From Candidatus Mesolinea sp. UBA5823 (GTDB lineage Bacteria; Chloroflexota; Anaerolineae; Anaerolineales; Anaerolineaceae), in NCBI GenBank assembly GCA_002417685.1, contig DICP01000018.1, positions 11,057 to 43,320 on the forward strand: a stretch of DNA of 32,264 nt, in the 5' to 3' direction. This document shows positions 1-8,765 of the stretch, piece after piece. The translations under genes and the position numbers were made by a program. Numbering within the stretch: position 1 is the stretch's first letter; each line of letters opens with the position of its first letter. A model generated the notes under the pieces. That model made no database searches, was not told the DNA's origin, and saw only the letters and a list, made by a program, of their open reading frames with translations.

Positions 1-528
1 AATCCGCTCAACATATATGGTCAGACCAAACTGGAAGGCGAGCAGGCTATACAATCTGTTGGCGGCGCGTATCTCATCCTGCGCACCAGCTGGGTTTACT
101 CGATGCGCCAAGGTGGCTTTGTTTCCAAAGTCCTGCAATGGGCGCGGGACCAAGAAGTGTTGCGCGTGGTTGATGACCAGATTAGCAGCCCCACTTGGGC
201 GCGCATGCTTGCCGAAGCGACCGCTTTGGTCCTTGCCCAAGGGCGGGACGACCCGGCGGGTTATATCAGCGAGAAAGCCGGGCTTTATCACTTAGCTGGC
301 TCCGGCGCTTGCAGCCGGTATGAATGGGCGCAAGCCATCCTGGAGCTGGACCCCAAGAAGAGTGAGCACAAGGTGCAGCAGCTACTGCCCGCCAAGAGCA
401 GCCAGTTCCCCACGCCGGCGGAGCGTCCGCTGGTATCCGTGCTGGATTGTGGGAAATTTGAGCGGGTTTTCGGCTTGCGGCTGCCTGAGTGGGGGGAATC
501 ATTACAGTTGGCGATGGATAAGGGGTAA
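1..528 (+). CDS. rfbD: dTDP-4-dehydrorhamnose reductase (RmlD/RfbD), 3' part; the 5' end lies outside the window
   Basis: Frame 1 is open from nt 1. It reads NPLNIYGQTKLEGEQ (SDR YxxxK catalytic motif as in RmlD), then ...LILRTSWVYS..., and continues into the listed 103..528 ORF. TAA stop at 526-528. Confidence 0.85.
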   Translation, partial: NPLNIYGQTKLEGEQAIQSVGGAYLILRTSWVYSMRQGGFVSKVLQWARDQEVLRVVDDQISSPTWARMLAEATALVLAQGRDDPAGYISEKAGLYHLAGSGACSRYEWAQAILELDPKKSEHKVQQLLPAKSSQFPTPAERPLVSVLDCGKFERVFGLRLPEWGESLQLAMDKG

Positions 529-570
529 TATGATTATTGCAAAGTACACTTATAAAACGATGAGATAAAA

Positions 571-1971
571 ATGACCATCGATCGCATCGCATTTTTTACA
601 TATAGCCAAGATGTTTCCGCATTGGAACAATATCGTATTGTAAGTCCGCTAAAGCACGCAGGAATAGACATCGTTCCTGGAATTCGTGACGGCAAGCTAT
701 TATTGGAAAGCATCAACGAAGCGCCTCTTATTCTGTTTCAGCGAGATTTTTCACGCAGTTTTTCGGACTATCTTCAAGTATTAGAACATGCTCACTTCAT
801 GGGCAAGCCCGTCGTTTTGGATTTAGATGATCATCTTTTGGCTTTACCCCAATATCACCCTGATCGGATTTCAGGTTACTATGCCGACGGATTAGCAGCT
901 TTCTTGCATGCTCTGATTAACGTAGATGCAATTACGGTTACAACACATATCCTTCGAGAAGCGCTGCTACCTTACAATCCTCATATCTATGTGCTTCCCA
1001 ATTACCTAGACAATGAATGGTGGCATTTTCGTGAGTCAAAGTTAACCACTAATCAATTTCCGGTTCGCATTCTATTTGTTGGAACGCCAACTCACAAGCC
1101 TGATTTAGAATTAATTGCGGAACCACTCGCACAAATTTCTCAAAAATACCGAGCAGACGTATCATTTTGTTTTTATGGTGCAGAGCCCCCTGAAATCCTC
1201 TCTAACCACCCTAACGTAACCTATATACCTTTGCAAACTTATGATTTTCAGAAATTTATTTCGTATTCTCTACAATTAGAAGCTGACATTGCCATTGCAC
1301 CTTTAGAAAATAATCTTTTTAATTGTTGTAAAAGTTCCATTAAATACTTCGAATATACCGCATTAGGCTTGCCTGGGGTGTTTTCTGCGCTCCCACCTTA
1401 CGCTGAGGTGGTGCAAGATGGCGAGAATGGTTTTTTAGCTGCCACTCCGGAGGAGTGGGAACGCAAGTTGGAGCTGCTGATCGAGAGCCCAGAGCTGCGT
1501 TTGCAGTTTGCTCAGAAGGCACAGCAACGAGTGCAGCAAAACTGGCTGATTCAGGATCATGCCAATGAATGGCAGGAAGTCTACGATCAAATTATCACTC
1601 TTGGCGTGCAACAAGCTCAAGTTGAGCCAAATATCAATTTAGCGATCACTGCACTTGCTAGCCAACTAGAGGAATATCACAATTTAGTAAACCTCGGGAT
1701 GCTAAATCTTAAGGATGAGCAGATACAAAACCTTTCTGTTGAAAATAAAGCCTTACACCAAAAGTTGACTGAAAGCTTAAAGAATATCAATCTCAAAGAT
1801 GAGGCGATACAAAAGCTTTCTGCCGATATAAATCTCAGAGATGAGCAGATACAAAAGCTTTCGGTTGAAAATGAGAGCTTACAACTTGAGATTGTGGATT
1901 ATACTTCCAGCACCAGCTGGAAAATAACCCGCCCATTGCGCCGCCTCTCGCGCCTGGTGAGGAGAAAGTAA
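571..1971 (+). CDS. GT-B (GT1-like) glycosyltransferase with a C-terminal coiled-coil tail and basic C-terminus
   Basis: 466-aa ORF. It has a GT-B type signature (...CCKSSIKYFEYTALGLPGVFS...VQDGENGFL...). Residues ~345-445 are charged heptad-like repeats (NLKDEQIQNLSVEN / NLKDEAIQKLSAD / NLRDEQIQKLSVEN). The tail is SSTSWKITRPLRRLSRLVRRK. The last A of the TAA stop is the first base of the next ATG. Confidence 0.8.
   Translation: MTIDRIAFFTYSQDVSALEQYRIVSPLKHAGIDIVPGIRDGKLLLESINEAPLILFQRDFSRSFSDYLQVLEHAHFMGKPVVLDLDDHLLALPQYHPDRISGYYADGLAAFLHALINVDAITVTTHILREALLPYNPHIYVLPNYLDNEWWHFRESKLTTNQFPVRILFVGTPTHKPDLELIAEPLAQISQKYRADVSFCFYGAEPPEILSNHPNVTYIPLQTYDFQKFISYSLQLEADIAIAPLENNLFNCCKSSIKYFEYTALGLPGVFSALPPYAEVVQDGENGFLAATPEEWERKLELLIESPELRLQFAQKAQQRVQQNWLIQDHANEWQEVYDQIITLGVQQAQVEPNINLAITALASQLEEYHNLVNLGMLNLKDEQIQNLSVENKALHQKLTESLKNINLKDEAIQKLSADINLRDEQIQKLSVENESLQLEIVDYTSSTSWKITRPLRRLSRLVRRK
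1705..1882 (+). repeat. Three in-frame DNA repeats encoding the coiled-coil units
   Basis: Read directly from the sequence. Copies at 1705-1757, 1788-1826 and 1830-1882 share aatct.a..gatgag..gatacaaaa.ctttc. Copies 1 and 3 continue with gttgaaaat.a.gccttaca. Confidence 0.8.
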
Positions 1972-4451
1972 TGTTAACCAACCTAAGAGATTATTTTGCA
2001 ATCAAGCATAGCGGTTTGTTTGATGAGAAATATTACCTTCTTCATAACCCAGATGTCCGCCGTGGAGATATCGACCCACTGACGCATTTTGTAAAATATG
2101 GTTGGAAAGAAGGGCGAAATCCGTCAGAAAATTTTGAAATCCAACATTATTTACAATCCAAACCAGAGCTGCTTTCAGCCAATGTGAACCCTCTGCTGGA
2201 TTATCTCCGGTCAGGCACGAGAGCAGAAACCCAACCAAGTTCTCCTTCCAGAGCAGCTGCAGAATTGACTCAATCCAAACGACTCCAACGCAAGATTAGG
2301 AATGGATGGAAGGTCCTCCAATATTACGGCTTATCTGAAATCTTTAAGCGCCTCCAAGCAAAGATATTCGGAACGAAGAAAATGACGCAGGGCAACCAAA
2401 ACACTTTCAACCTGCTGGATCCTCTCAATGTGTTAACGCTTGACCGCCAGCAGTTCGCTCCAAAAGTATCGGTAATTGTCCCCAATTACAACCACGAAGC
2501 TTATCTCCGGCAACGCTTAGATTCGATTTATGGGCAAACCTATCAGAATATCGAAGTGATCCTGCTGGATGACTGTTCCATCGATGGCAGCCCAGCAATC
2601 CTCAAAGCTTACCAGGAAAAATATCCGCAAATCACACGCTGCGATTTCAATGCAGCTAACACAGGCAGTCCCTTTGCTCAGTGGAAAAAGGGTATTGCCT
2701 TAGCGACGGGTGATCTGGTGTGGATTGCTGAGAGCGATGACTTTTGTGAACCAGATTTCCTGGAAAAATTGGTGCTCTTTTTTACTGATGAATCGATTTT
2801 GCTTAGCTACGCCAATACGGTGTTCGTGGATGATGCGGGCAAGCGGCACCCCTTTGCCTTCGATACGTATGTTGCGCAGATTGACCCGCAGCACTGGCAA
2901 GCTTCTTACATCGAAACCGCCCATAATGAAGTCAATCGAGCTCTGGGCTTGCTCAACACCATCCCTAACGTAAGCAGTGTTCTTTTTCGCCGGCCGGAAA
3001 GCCGCGTGCCCCTTTTTGAGGACCCTGAATGGCCAGCGATGAAGGTTTGTGGTGATTGGGTTTTCTATCTGCACCTCTTACGTGGTGGAAGGTTGGCTTT
3101 TTGCCGAGATACGACGAGTTATTTTCGTATTCACGAAACAGGCACATCCAAGATTGCCCAAATCCAGGAATACTACTACCGCGAGCATAAAGTCGTGGCA
3201 CAAACGGTAGCCAGGCTCTATAAGGTACCTGATGAACTGCTTCGAAGGCTTGAGCTGCGCCTGAGGCAATACTATTTGGAAAATATGCCTAATAGCAGCG
3301 TGGATAAGTTTCAGGAGTTATTCGACCTTGACCGCGTATTGGCTTGCAAACAGGAGCGGCTGCCCAATGTCATGATTGCAACGTACGCCTTTTCTTATGG
3401 GGGCGGGGAGATCTTTCCGATCCGCCTGGCGAACGCCTTAGCTGAAAATGGCACTGCAGTGACGATTTACAATGGCAACCAGGAACCTACTGACCCAGGT
3501 GTGCGGGGGATGTTGCACCCACAGATTGCGGTGTTCAACCATTCCCCTAACCTCAACGTGCCTTTGGTGCTAAAGGAAATGGGCATCGAAGTTGTGCATA
3601 CACACCACGCTTCCATGGAAAACCTTTTCGGGGTTTGGAAACTATCTTATCCTTCACTGAAAATCAAGCACATCGCCACTATGCACGGCATGTACGAGAT
3701 GATGGGTGAAGATTTCCTCGCAAACACGAAAAACATCCTCGCTGCGGTAGATAATTGGGTTTATCTAACGGAAAAAAACCTGGAACCCTTCAAGCAGCAC
3801 GGATTTTATTCTGAAGATAAATTCAGCCATATTGATAATGGGATGCCTGTACCGAATATAAAAGAAATAGATTTAAGCCCCTATCGCATCAATAAAGATT
3901 CTTTCACGATGTGTCTAGTAAGCCGGGCATTACCAGAAAAAGGGTGGAAGGAAGCCGCCCTGGCAGTGAGCACCGCCCGCAAACGTACCAACAAAGACCT
4001 TCATTTGCTATTGATAGGCGAAGGTGTTGTCTATAACATTCTAAGGCGGGATTCGTTGCCAGATTATGTGCACCTTTTAGGTTTCCGGAAAAATGTGGAC
4101 GATTTCCTGGCTGTCTCACAGTTAGTGCTGATACCCTCCTATTTTAAGGGGGAGAGCTTCCCCTTAGTCTTGATTCAATCTTTCATGGTGGAAGTGCCGG
4201 TGATTGCCACGCGAATTGGGGAAATAGAAAGGATGATGACACTAGATAGCCAGCACAAAGGGGGTATCCTCATTGATTTAAAAGATGGGAAAGTGGATCC
4301 AGATGACCTTACCGAAGCCATCATAAAAATGGTGACCGATCAGAATTTTTATAATGAATGTAAAAGTTCTGTGCGGCTTCTAAAAGAGCGGTTTGATATA
4401 AACAACGTGGCGAAAAACTATTTAGCACTTTATAAGAATGCATTGGAATAA
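1971..4451 (+). CDS. Three-module glycosyltransferase: conserved N-terminal module, GT2 domain and GT4/GT-B domain
   Basis: 826-aa ORF. The N-terminus has FDEKYYLLHNPDVRRGDIDPLTHFVKYGWKEGRNP, a motif I recall from large polysaccharide GTs. The GT2 signature is VSVIVPNYNHEAYLRQRLDSIYGQTYQNIEVILLDDCSIDGS...WIAESDD. The C-terminal GT-B signature is ...GESFPLVLIQSFMVEVPVIATRIGEI.... TAATG junction with the upstream gene. Confidence 0.88.
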   Translation: MLTNLRDYFAIKHSGLFDEKYYLLHNPDVRRGDIDPLTHFVKYGWKEGRNPSENFEIQHYLQSKPELLSANVNPLLDYLRSGTRAETQPSSPSRAAAELTQSKRLQRKIRNGWKVLQYYGLSEIFKRLQAKIFGTKKMTQGNQNTFNLLDPLNVLTLDRQQFAPKVSVIVPNYNHEAYLRQRLDSIYGQTYQNIEVILLDDCSIDGSPAILKAYQEKYPQITRCDFNAANTGSPFAQWKKGIALATGDLVWIAESDDFCEPDFLEKLVLFFTDESILLSYANTVFVDDAGKRHPFAFDTYVAQIDPQHWQASYIETAHNEVNRALGLLNTIPNVSSVLFRRPESRVPLFEDPEWPAMKVCGDWVFYLHLLRGGRLAFCRDTTSYFRIHETGTSKIAQIQEYYYREHKVVAQTVARLYKVPDELLRRLELRLRQYYLENMPNSSVDKFQELFDLDRVLACKQERLPNVMIATYAFSYGGGEIFPIRLANALAENGTAVTIYNGNQEPTDPGVRGMLHPQIAVFNHSPNLNVPLVLKEMGIEVVHTHHASMENLFGVWKLSYPSLKIKHIATMHGMYEMMGEDFLANTKNILAAVDNWVYLTEKNLEPFKQHGFYSEDKFSHIDNGMPVPNIKEIDLSPYRINKDSFTMCLVSRALPEKGWKEAALAVSTARKRTNKDLHLLLIGEGVVYNILRRDSLPDYVHLLGFRKNVDDFLAVSQLVLIPSYFKGESFPLVLIQSFMVEVPVIATRIGEIERMMTLDSQHKGGILIDLKDGKVDPDDLTEAIIKMVTDQNFYNECKSSVRLLKERFDINNVAKNYLALYKNALE

Positions 4452-4618
4452 AAATTTAGTGAGAATAAATGTGGTTATGAAAATATCATTTTCTCATCAT
4501 CATGAGGAAATGATTATGGTATCTCATAAGCGAAATCGATACATCAGTTCAAAGAAGTTAGTGCAAATGGGAGTTCGATCCGCAAAGTAATCTGCATAAT
4601 ATCAAATTCTCATTTGTT

Positions 4619-4627
4619 TGATATAAT
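4619..4627 (+). promoter_or_regulatory. Candidate extended -10 promoter (TGaTATAAT) for the AT-rich gene pair
   Basis: TGATATAAT at 4619-4627, GGAGA at 4640-4644, GTG start at 4653. No good -35 element. Confidence 0.4.
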
Positions 4628-4652
4628 CTAGCCTGATATGGAGAAAATGTAA

Positions 4653-6104
4653 GTGAATAAGAAAAATCTAGTTTTATCGATTCTATCAGTTGTGTGCGTT
4701 ATACTATTTCCTTGTTTCTTTCTCTATCTTCAGAACACAGGAATAGCGATTTTTAGTGATTTTTTGAATGTTGCCGGGAAATTTTTATTAGTTGGTCTTT
4801 CCTTGCTCGGCTTGAGTTACCTCATATTTCGTAAAATTGAGAAGGCTGCCTTATTCAGTAATGTTACTCTGCTCTTTCTATTATATTTTGCACTGATCGA
4901 AAAAGCTATTGTTGATAAGTTCCCTATGCTTTATTACTGGCATATCGCGTTAATTTGTTTGTTTTTAATTTTCCAGATTGGTTACTTAATCTACAATAAA
5001 GTAAATTTGAAGCTTGCCAATCAGATTAATCAGGTTTTTCTATTTATTTTCGCTGGTTTGATTTTATTTAACGGTATTATTTCTGTCCCTAAAGTGCTCC
5101 AAGCAGCATCAAACAAGCCACAGGAAGAAACCCATGAGAATGTAGAACAAGCAAACGTCGTCAATAATGACCCTCAAAAAGAACTACCCAATATTTATTA
5201 TTTTATTTTTGATGAGTATGCAGGTTTCGATAGCATTCAGAGATATTGCAATTATGACAACAGCGCCTTCTTTGATACCCTGGAGGATATGGGATTTGTT
5301 GTATCAAGGCATTCATTAAACTATACCAATGATACTTATACTGAGATCCCGAATCTATTGCAGTTGAACAGAATTAATAGCCCTTCAATGACGAAAGCAG
5401 ATAAACAAAGCACTGCAAGTAACCCGTTCTTACTGCAACTCATGAAAGAACATGGTTACACAATAAACGTACTTGATATGTATAGTTTTATTGATTTAGC
5501 TGTTGTTGATCTTTATTGGGATCCCCATTTTGTTACAACCCATGGATCGTTAGAATCATATGTTGTCAAGAATACATTTTATTATCCATTTTATGATCTT
5601 GATGGCTATGATAGAGAGATAAGGCACAGGTTAAATGCTTTTAAGTATTCTGAAGAGTCGAGTAAGATGGCAGACTCCAATCTATTCACCCTTGGTATGT
5701 TCTGGTTTCCTCATGAGCCATTTATATTCGATGAAAATGGCAATAAGACAAACGATGCTGATCATTCAAACCTTCGCGATATAGAACCATATCTGGCGCA
5801 ATACAAGTACGCATCAAAAAAAATAATTGAATTAGCCACTGAAATTATTAAGAATGATCCGAATTCAATCATTATTTTGCAATCCGATCATGGATATCGT
5901 TATCCTGATTTCTTAAAAAACCTGTATGGTATAGATATTTATGATATGGATGTCGAGTCACTTTACATGCGCAACATACTCAATGCTGTTTATTATCAAG
6001 GTCAGAACATTGATATAGATAATTATTCAGGAATAAATACCTTGAGAACGGTATTAAATAAATTACTGAATGCTAATTTTGAATTGATCGAACAGCCTAA
6101 ATAA
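4653..6104 (+). CDS. Polytopic membrane protein with an extracytoplasmic sulfatase-fold (alkaline-phosphatase superfamily, LtaS/EptA-like) transferase domain
   Basis: GTG start directly after an in-frame TAA. There are ~5 N-terminal hydrophobic helices. The catalytic-domain motifs are LPNIYYFIFDEYAG, FPHEPF and IIILQSDHGYRY. There is no C/S-x-P-x-R formylglycine motif, so this is probably not a true sulfatase. The gene is AT-rich. Confidence 0.75.
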   Translation: MNKKNLVLSILSVVCVILFPCFFLYLQNTGIAIFSDFLNVAGKFLLVGLSLLGLSYLIFRKIEKAALFSNVTLLFLLYFALIEKAIVDKFPMLYYWHIALICLFLIFQIGYLIYNKVNLKLANQINQVFLFIFAGLILFNGIISVPKVLQAASNKPQEETHENVEQANVVNNDPQKELPNIYYFIFDEYAGFDSIQRYCNYDNSAFFDTLEDMGFVVSRHSLNYTNDTYTEIPNLLQLNRINSPSMTKADKQSTASNPFLLQLMKEHGYTINVLDMYSFIDLAVVDLYWDPHFVTTHGSLESYVVKNTFYYPFYDLDGYDREIRHRLNAFKYSEESSKMADSNLFTLGMFWFPHEPFIFDENGNKTNDADHSNLRDIEPYLAQYKYASKKIIELATEIIKNDPNSIIILQSDHGYRYPDFLKNLYGIDIYDMDVESLYMRNILNAVYYQGQNIDIDNYSGINTLRTVLNKLLNANFELIEQPK

Positions 6105-6122
6105 GTTCATGAGATCTATGCT

Positions 6123-6653
6123 ATGAAAAAAATTAAAAACCCCGCTTACTGGTTAATCACAATTTTATTGCTTCTGCTTTTTGTCTTTGCGAATGACATT
6201 GCCTTAGCCATACCTTTAAAAGAAACATATCAATTAAAGAAAATTGAGCTAAATAAATACAATGAATTTGCAAAAAACTTTGACTTAAAAATCGAGTCTA
6301 TTTATACAAAACAAGACATATTTATTACGACTGAAATTAGTGGGTATGCCCTAATTCAGCCTGATCAGGCTAGTCCTAATAAGGCCATAAAACTGGTATT
6401 CTCTTCAGATGACAAACGCTACGAAGTTGATGCGTCCATAATTGATAGATTTAATCTAAACTCCTTATATCGTAATAAAGGTATTGTCGGTATCAATCAT
6501 GGCTTCATTACGCGATTTTCGCCATTAAAAATGGAAAACGGAGTCTATAAACTGTATATTTATTGTTATGAAAACGAAAACACAATTGGGTTCATGGATA
6601 CAAATCGATATTTCGAGAAGACCTATCGTACTTTCAAAGAGGTGAAGAAATAA
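6123..6653 (+). CDS. Small signal-anchored or secreted protein of unknown function
   Basis: 176-aa ORF starting 18 nt after the previous stop. The N-terminus is MKKIKNPAYWLITILLLLLFVFANDIALA (signal or anchor). It shares the AT-rich composition of the upstream gene. I recognise no family. Confidence 0.65.
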   Translation: MKKIKNPAYWLITILLLLLFVFANDIALAIPLKETYQLKKIELNKYNEFAKNFDLKIESIYTKQDIFITTEISGYALIQPDQASPNKAIKLVFSSDDKRYEVDASIIDRFNLNSLYRNKGIVGINHGFITRFSPLKMENGVYKLYIYCYENENTIGFMDTNRYFEKTYRTFKEVKK

Positions 6654-6723
6654 CCACGGCACCGTTTAGAAGCGTCAAACCTATTTTAAAGCTCCGTTGC
6701 ACCTTTCATTAAAGAGCTCATTA

Positions 6724-6745
6724 AAGGGCTGAGAAATCAGCCCTT
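6724..6745 (+). terminator. Perfect 9-bp stem, 4-nt loop hairpin after the AT-rich gene pair; no U-tract
   Basis: aagggctga-gaaa-tcagccctt at 6724-6745, 71 nt after the stop at 6653. The following sequence is gtcagttaataaaac, which is not T-rich. Confidence 0.35.
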
Positions 6746-6785
6746 GTCAGTTAATAAAACTGAATCCGGATGAGAATAGGGTTAG

Positions 6786-8216
6786 TTGATTTATAATATT
6801 AAACAATCTCACTACGTTGATGCATCTATGTCTAAAACAGAAACCGCAGTATCTAATAGCAACTCACGCAAAGCTCAAAAAGTGGTTTTGGCGTGCATAC
6901 TGCTTGCCTTTGCCATAGCTTCTATTTATGTGGCCCTCAATCTCGCCGAGGGCATCGTCCCAGACGAAAAGGCACACTTCATCTTCTCTAAAGTCTATGC
7001 CAGCACCTGGGGTATCCCACCTGATTCGCCTGAAACGTATGAGCTGGGTTGGTACATTGCCCATAACCCCTTCCTCTATCACTGGATTAATGGCCGCATT
7101 ATCAATCTGGTTCAGGTAATTAGCCCAACGGCGAGTGATTGGGATCTTTTAATTGTGCTGAGGCTTACAAGTGTGCTTTATTCGCTCGGTACACTCTATT
7201 TTTGTTATCTCCTTGCCAAAGAGCTAATCCGCAAGCCTTGGTGGCCACTCTTGCCGGTATTTTTGCTGGCTAATACGCTGATGTTCACATTTCTCTCAGG
7301 CGGGGTAAACTATGACAACTTAGTGAATTTGCTGTGCATAGCGGGGCTATATTTCCTCGTACGCGTGTTTACTGGCAAAGATTTCATCACGAATTCCTTG
7401 GCTTGGTTGGTTTTTATGTACGTTGGCTGCTTGTCTAAGTACACTGTTCTACCATTGGCACTCTTCAGCTTCATCGCTTGGTTGGTATTTACATTGCGCC
7501 AGCGCAAAGCTATCTTTCCGCTCCCCAAACTTACCAAAGGACAGACGGCTCTGCTAATTATTCTTATCTTCCTTATTGGCGGGAATTTGGCGATCTATGG
7601 CTATAACCTCGTGGTCTACCATGCGGTGCTGCCCTCTTGCGCTGATCTTCTACAACCGGAACAGTGCGCTTTGAGCCCATTTCACATCCGCTGGGAAAAA
7701 TATGGCTTAGGCCACAGGATGACCTTGATTGAAAGCATTCAAGCCGGTCATCCTGATCCAGTAACATATTTTGTTGAATTCTGGATCAAAGATATGCTGA
7801 CCAAAACTTATGGCATATTGGGGCATAAAACTTACTATCCGGCACACATTATCACTTTCTACCGGTTATTTTACTTAGGCGTGCTGCTGCTGGCTGCCCG
7901 CTATTGGCGACGCCCACCTTATGCCATTTGGAGCGCGGTTTTTATCATTTTAGGATACAGCCTGGTGGTTTTTTTGACCAATTACAACAGCGAACTGACT
8001 TATGGGTTCAAGCATTTCGCTCTGCAAGGCCGCTACCTTTTCCCCATTATTGGGCTTGTCTACGGCTTGGTCGGATATACCCAGAGCCAAATCAAAAACC
8101 GAACCGTGCAATTGGTGGTGCTCGCACTAACATTAATTTTGTTCTTTGTGGGTGGACCGATTAAATTCATCACGCGCTATGAAGGCGTGTTTTCCACCTG
8201 GTTCCTTCCCCATTAG
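6786..8216 (+). CDS. Polytopic membrane protein, GT-C/DUF2142-like (putative lipid-carrier-dependent glycosyltransferase or polymerase)
   Basis: 476-aa ORF with more than 10 predicted TM helices. The first extracytoplasmic loop carries EGIVPDEKAHF, an acidic motif in the position of the GT-C DE/DD motif. The listed start is TTG at 6786; an ATG at 6828 (MSKTETAV...) is an equally plausible start. Confidence 0.6.
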   Translation: MIYNIKQSHYVDASMSKTETAVSNSNSRKAQKVVLACILLAFAIASIYVALNLAEGIVPDEKAHFIFSKVYASTWGIPPDSPETYELGWYIAHNPFLYHWINGRIINLVQVISPTASDWDLLIVLRLTSVLYSLGTLYFCYLLAKELIRKPWWPLLPVFLLANTLMFTFLSGGVNYDNLVNLLCIAGLYFLVRVFTGKDFITNSLAWLVFMYVGCLSKYTVLPLALFSFIAWLVFTLRQRKAIFPLPKLTKGQTALLIILIFLIGGNLAIYGYNLVVYHAVLPSCADLLQPEQCALSPFHIRWEKYGLGHRMTLIESIQAGHPDPVTYFVEFWIKDMLTKTYGILGHKTYYPAHIITFYRLFYLGVLLLAARYWRRPPYAIWSAVFIILGYSLVVFLTNYNSELTYGFKHFALQGRYLFPIIGLVYGLVGYTQSQIKNRTVQLVVLALTLILFFVGGPIKFITRYEGVFSTWFLPH

Positions 8217-8227
8217 GATCAAAATAT

Positions 8228-8521
8228 CTATTCTTGACCCTCTGTTGTCGATTCATCCGGCAGCGTCGGCTCTGAAGGTGTATTAGCTAGGCGCTTCCTC
8301 CGGGCTGAGCGCAATGCCATATATCTGCCACCCCCAAGGACGATGACCACAGGGATCAGCCAGAAAGGATTGAAGCCCGCGCCAAGCCCAAGCAGGGTCG
8401 GCTCGGGGGTGGCAGTGCTGGTAGGGCTGGGCAGCAGCGTGGGGGTAGGGGAGCTCGTCAAAGTCGGACTGGGTATTGGTGTGGGGGTGACTGGTGTGAG
8501 TGTGGGTGTTATGGTTGCCAC
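8228..8521 (-). CDS. Orphan Pro/Thr-rich single-pass membrane ORF; possibly the remnant of a larger anchored protein
   Basis: 97 aa. The GTG start is 3 codons after an in-frame TAA, and there is no signal peptide. A 42-aa PT-rich stretch ends in TPEPTLLGLGAGF. It is followed by the hydrophobic helix FWLIPVVIVLGGG, the basic cluster RSARRKR and a 20-aa tail. Clear codon periodicity in the PT run supports real coding or ex-coding sequence. Confidence 0.4.
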   Translation of the reverse strand: MATITPTLTPVTPTPIPSPTLTSSPTPTLLPSPTSTATPEPTLLGLGAGFNPFWLIPVVIVLGGGRYMALRSARRKRLANTPSEPTLPDESTTEGQE

Positions 8522-8765
8522 CCCAATCTGTTAGGGATTGGTGCCAAGCTGAGTGAAGATGGCGTATCGGTTATTGTAGGCGTGAGTAAGAGCAAAAGGG
8601 CCACTGTTTACGTAGGACTGAGGGTGAGCGTGAGGTTATGTCGGTCGCTAGGGCCAAGTGATATCAACAAGAGTTGAGAAAAGAAGAGGTGAGCTGTCCG
8701 GCTTTTAGCCTCAATTTTTATAATTCTTAGCCTTTATCCTGTATCCGAAAACACCGATAATTCGT

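Noticed and set aside
4573-4581. GTTCGATCC, resembling a tRNA T-loop, in the spacer at the left edge of the AT-rich insert; considered as a possible tRNA-fragment att site
   Set aside because: The flanking bases (tggga / cgcaa) cannot form a T-stem, and no acceptor-stem or CCA-proximal sequence follows.
4477-4590. 37-aa ORF (MKISFSHHHEEMIMVSHKRNRYISSKKLVQMGVRSAK) in the spacer upstream of the sulfatase-fold gene
   Set aside because: It has no convincing RBS and sits in AT-rich DNA, where short ORFs arise easily. It is kept only as a note; ribosome profiling would be needed to test it.
4653-6104. Considered calling this gene a true sulfatase acting on the putative sulfated glycan
   Set aside because: No C/S-x-P-x-R formylglycine motif is present. 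The N-terminal polytopic membrane domain plus DEYAG / HEPF / QSDHG pattern fits LtaS/EptA-type transferases better.
4459-6777. Shared 8-mer tgagaata near both edges of the AT-rich segment (about 4459-4466 and 6770-6777), considered as flanking direct repeats
   Set aside because: An 8-mer match between two spacers of this size is expected by chance at a probability of a few tenths.
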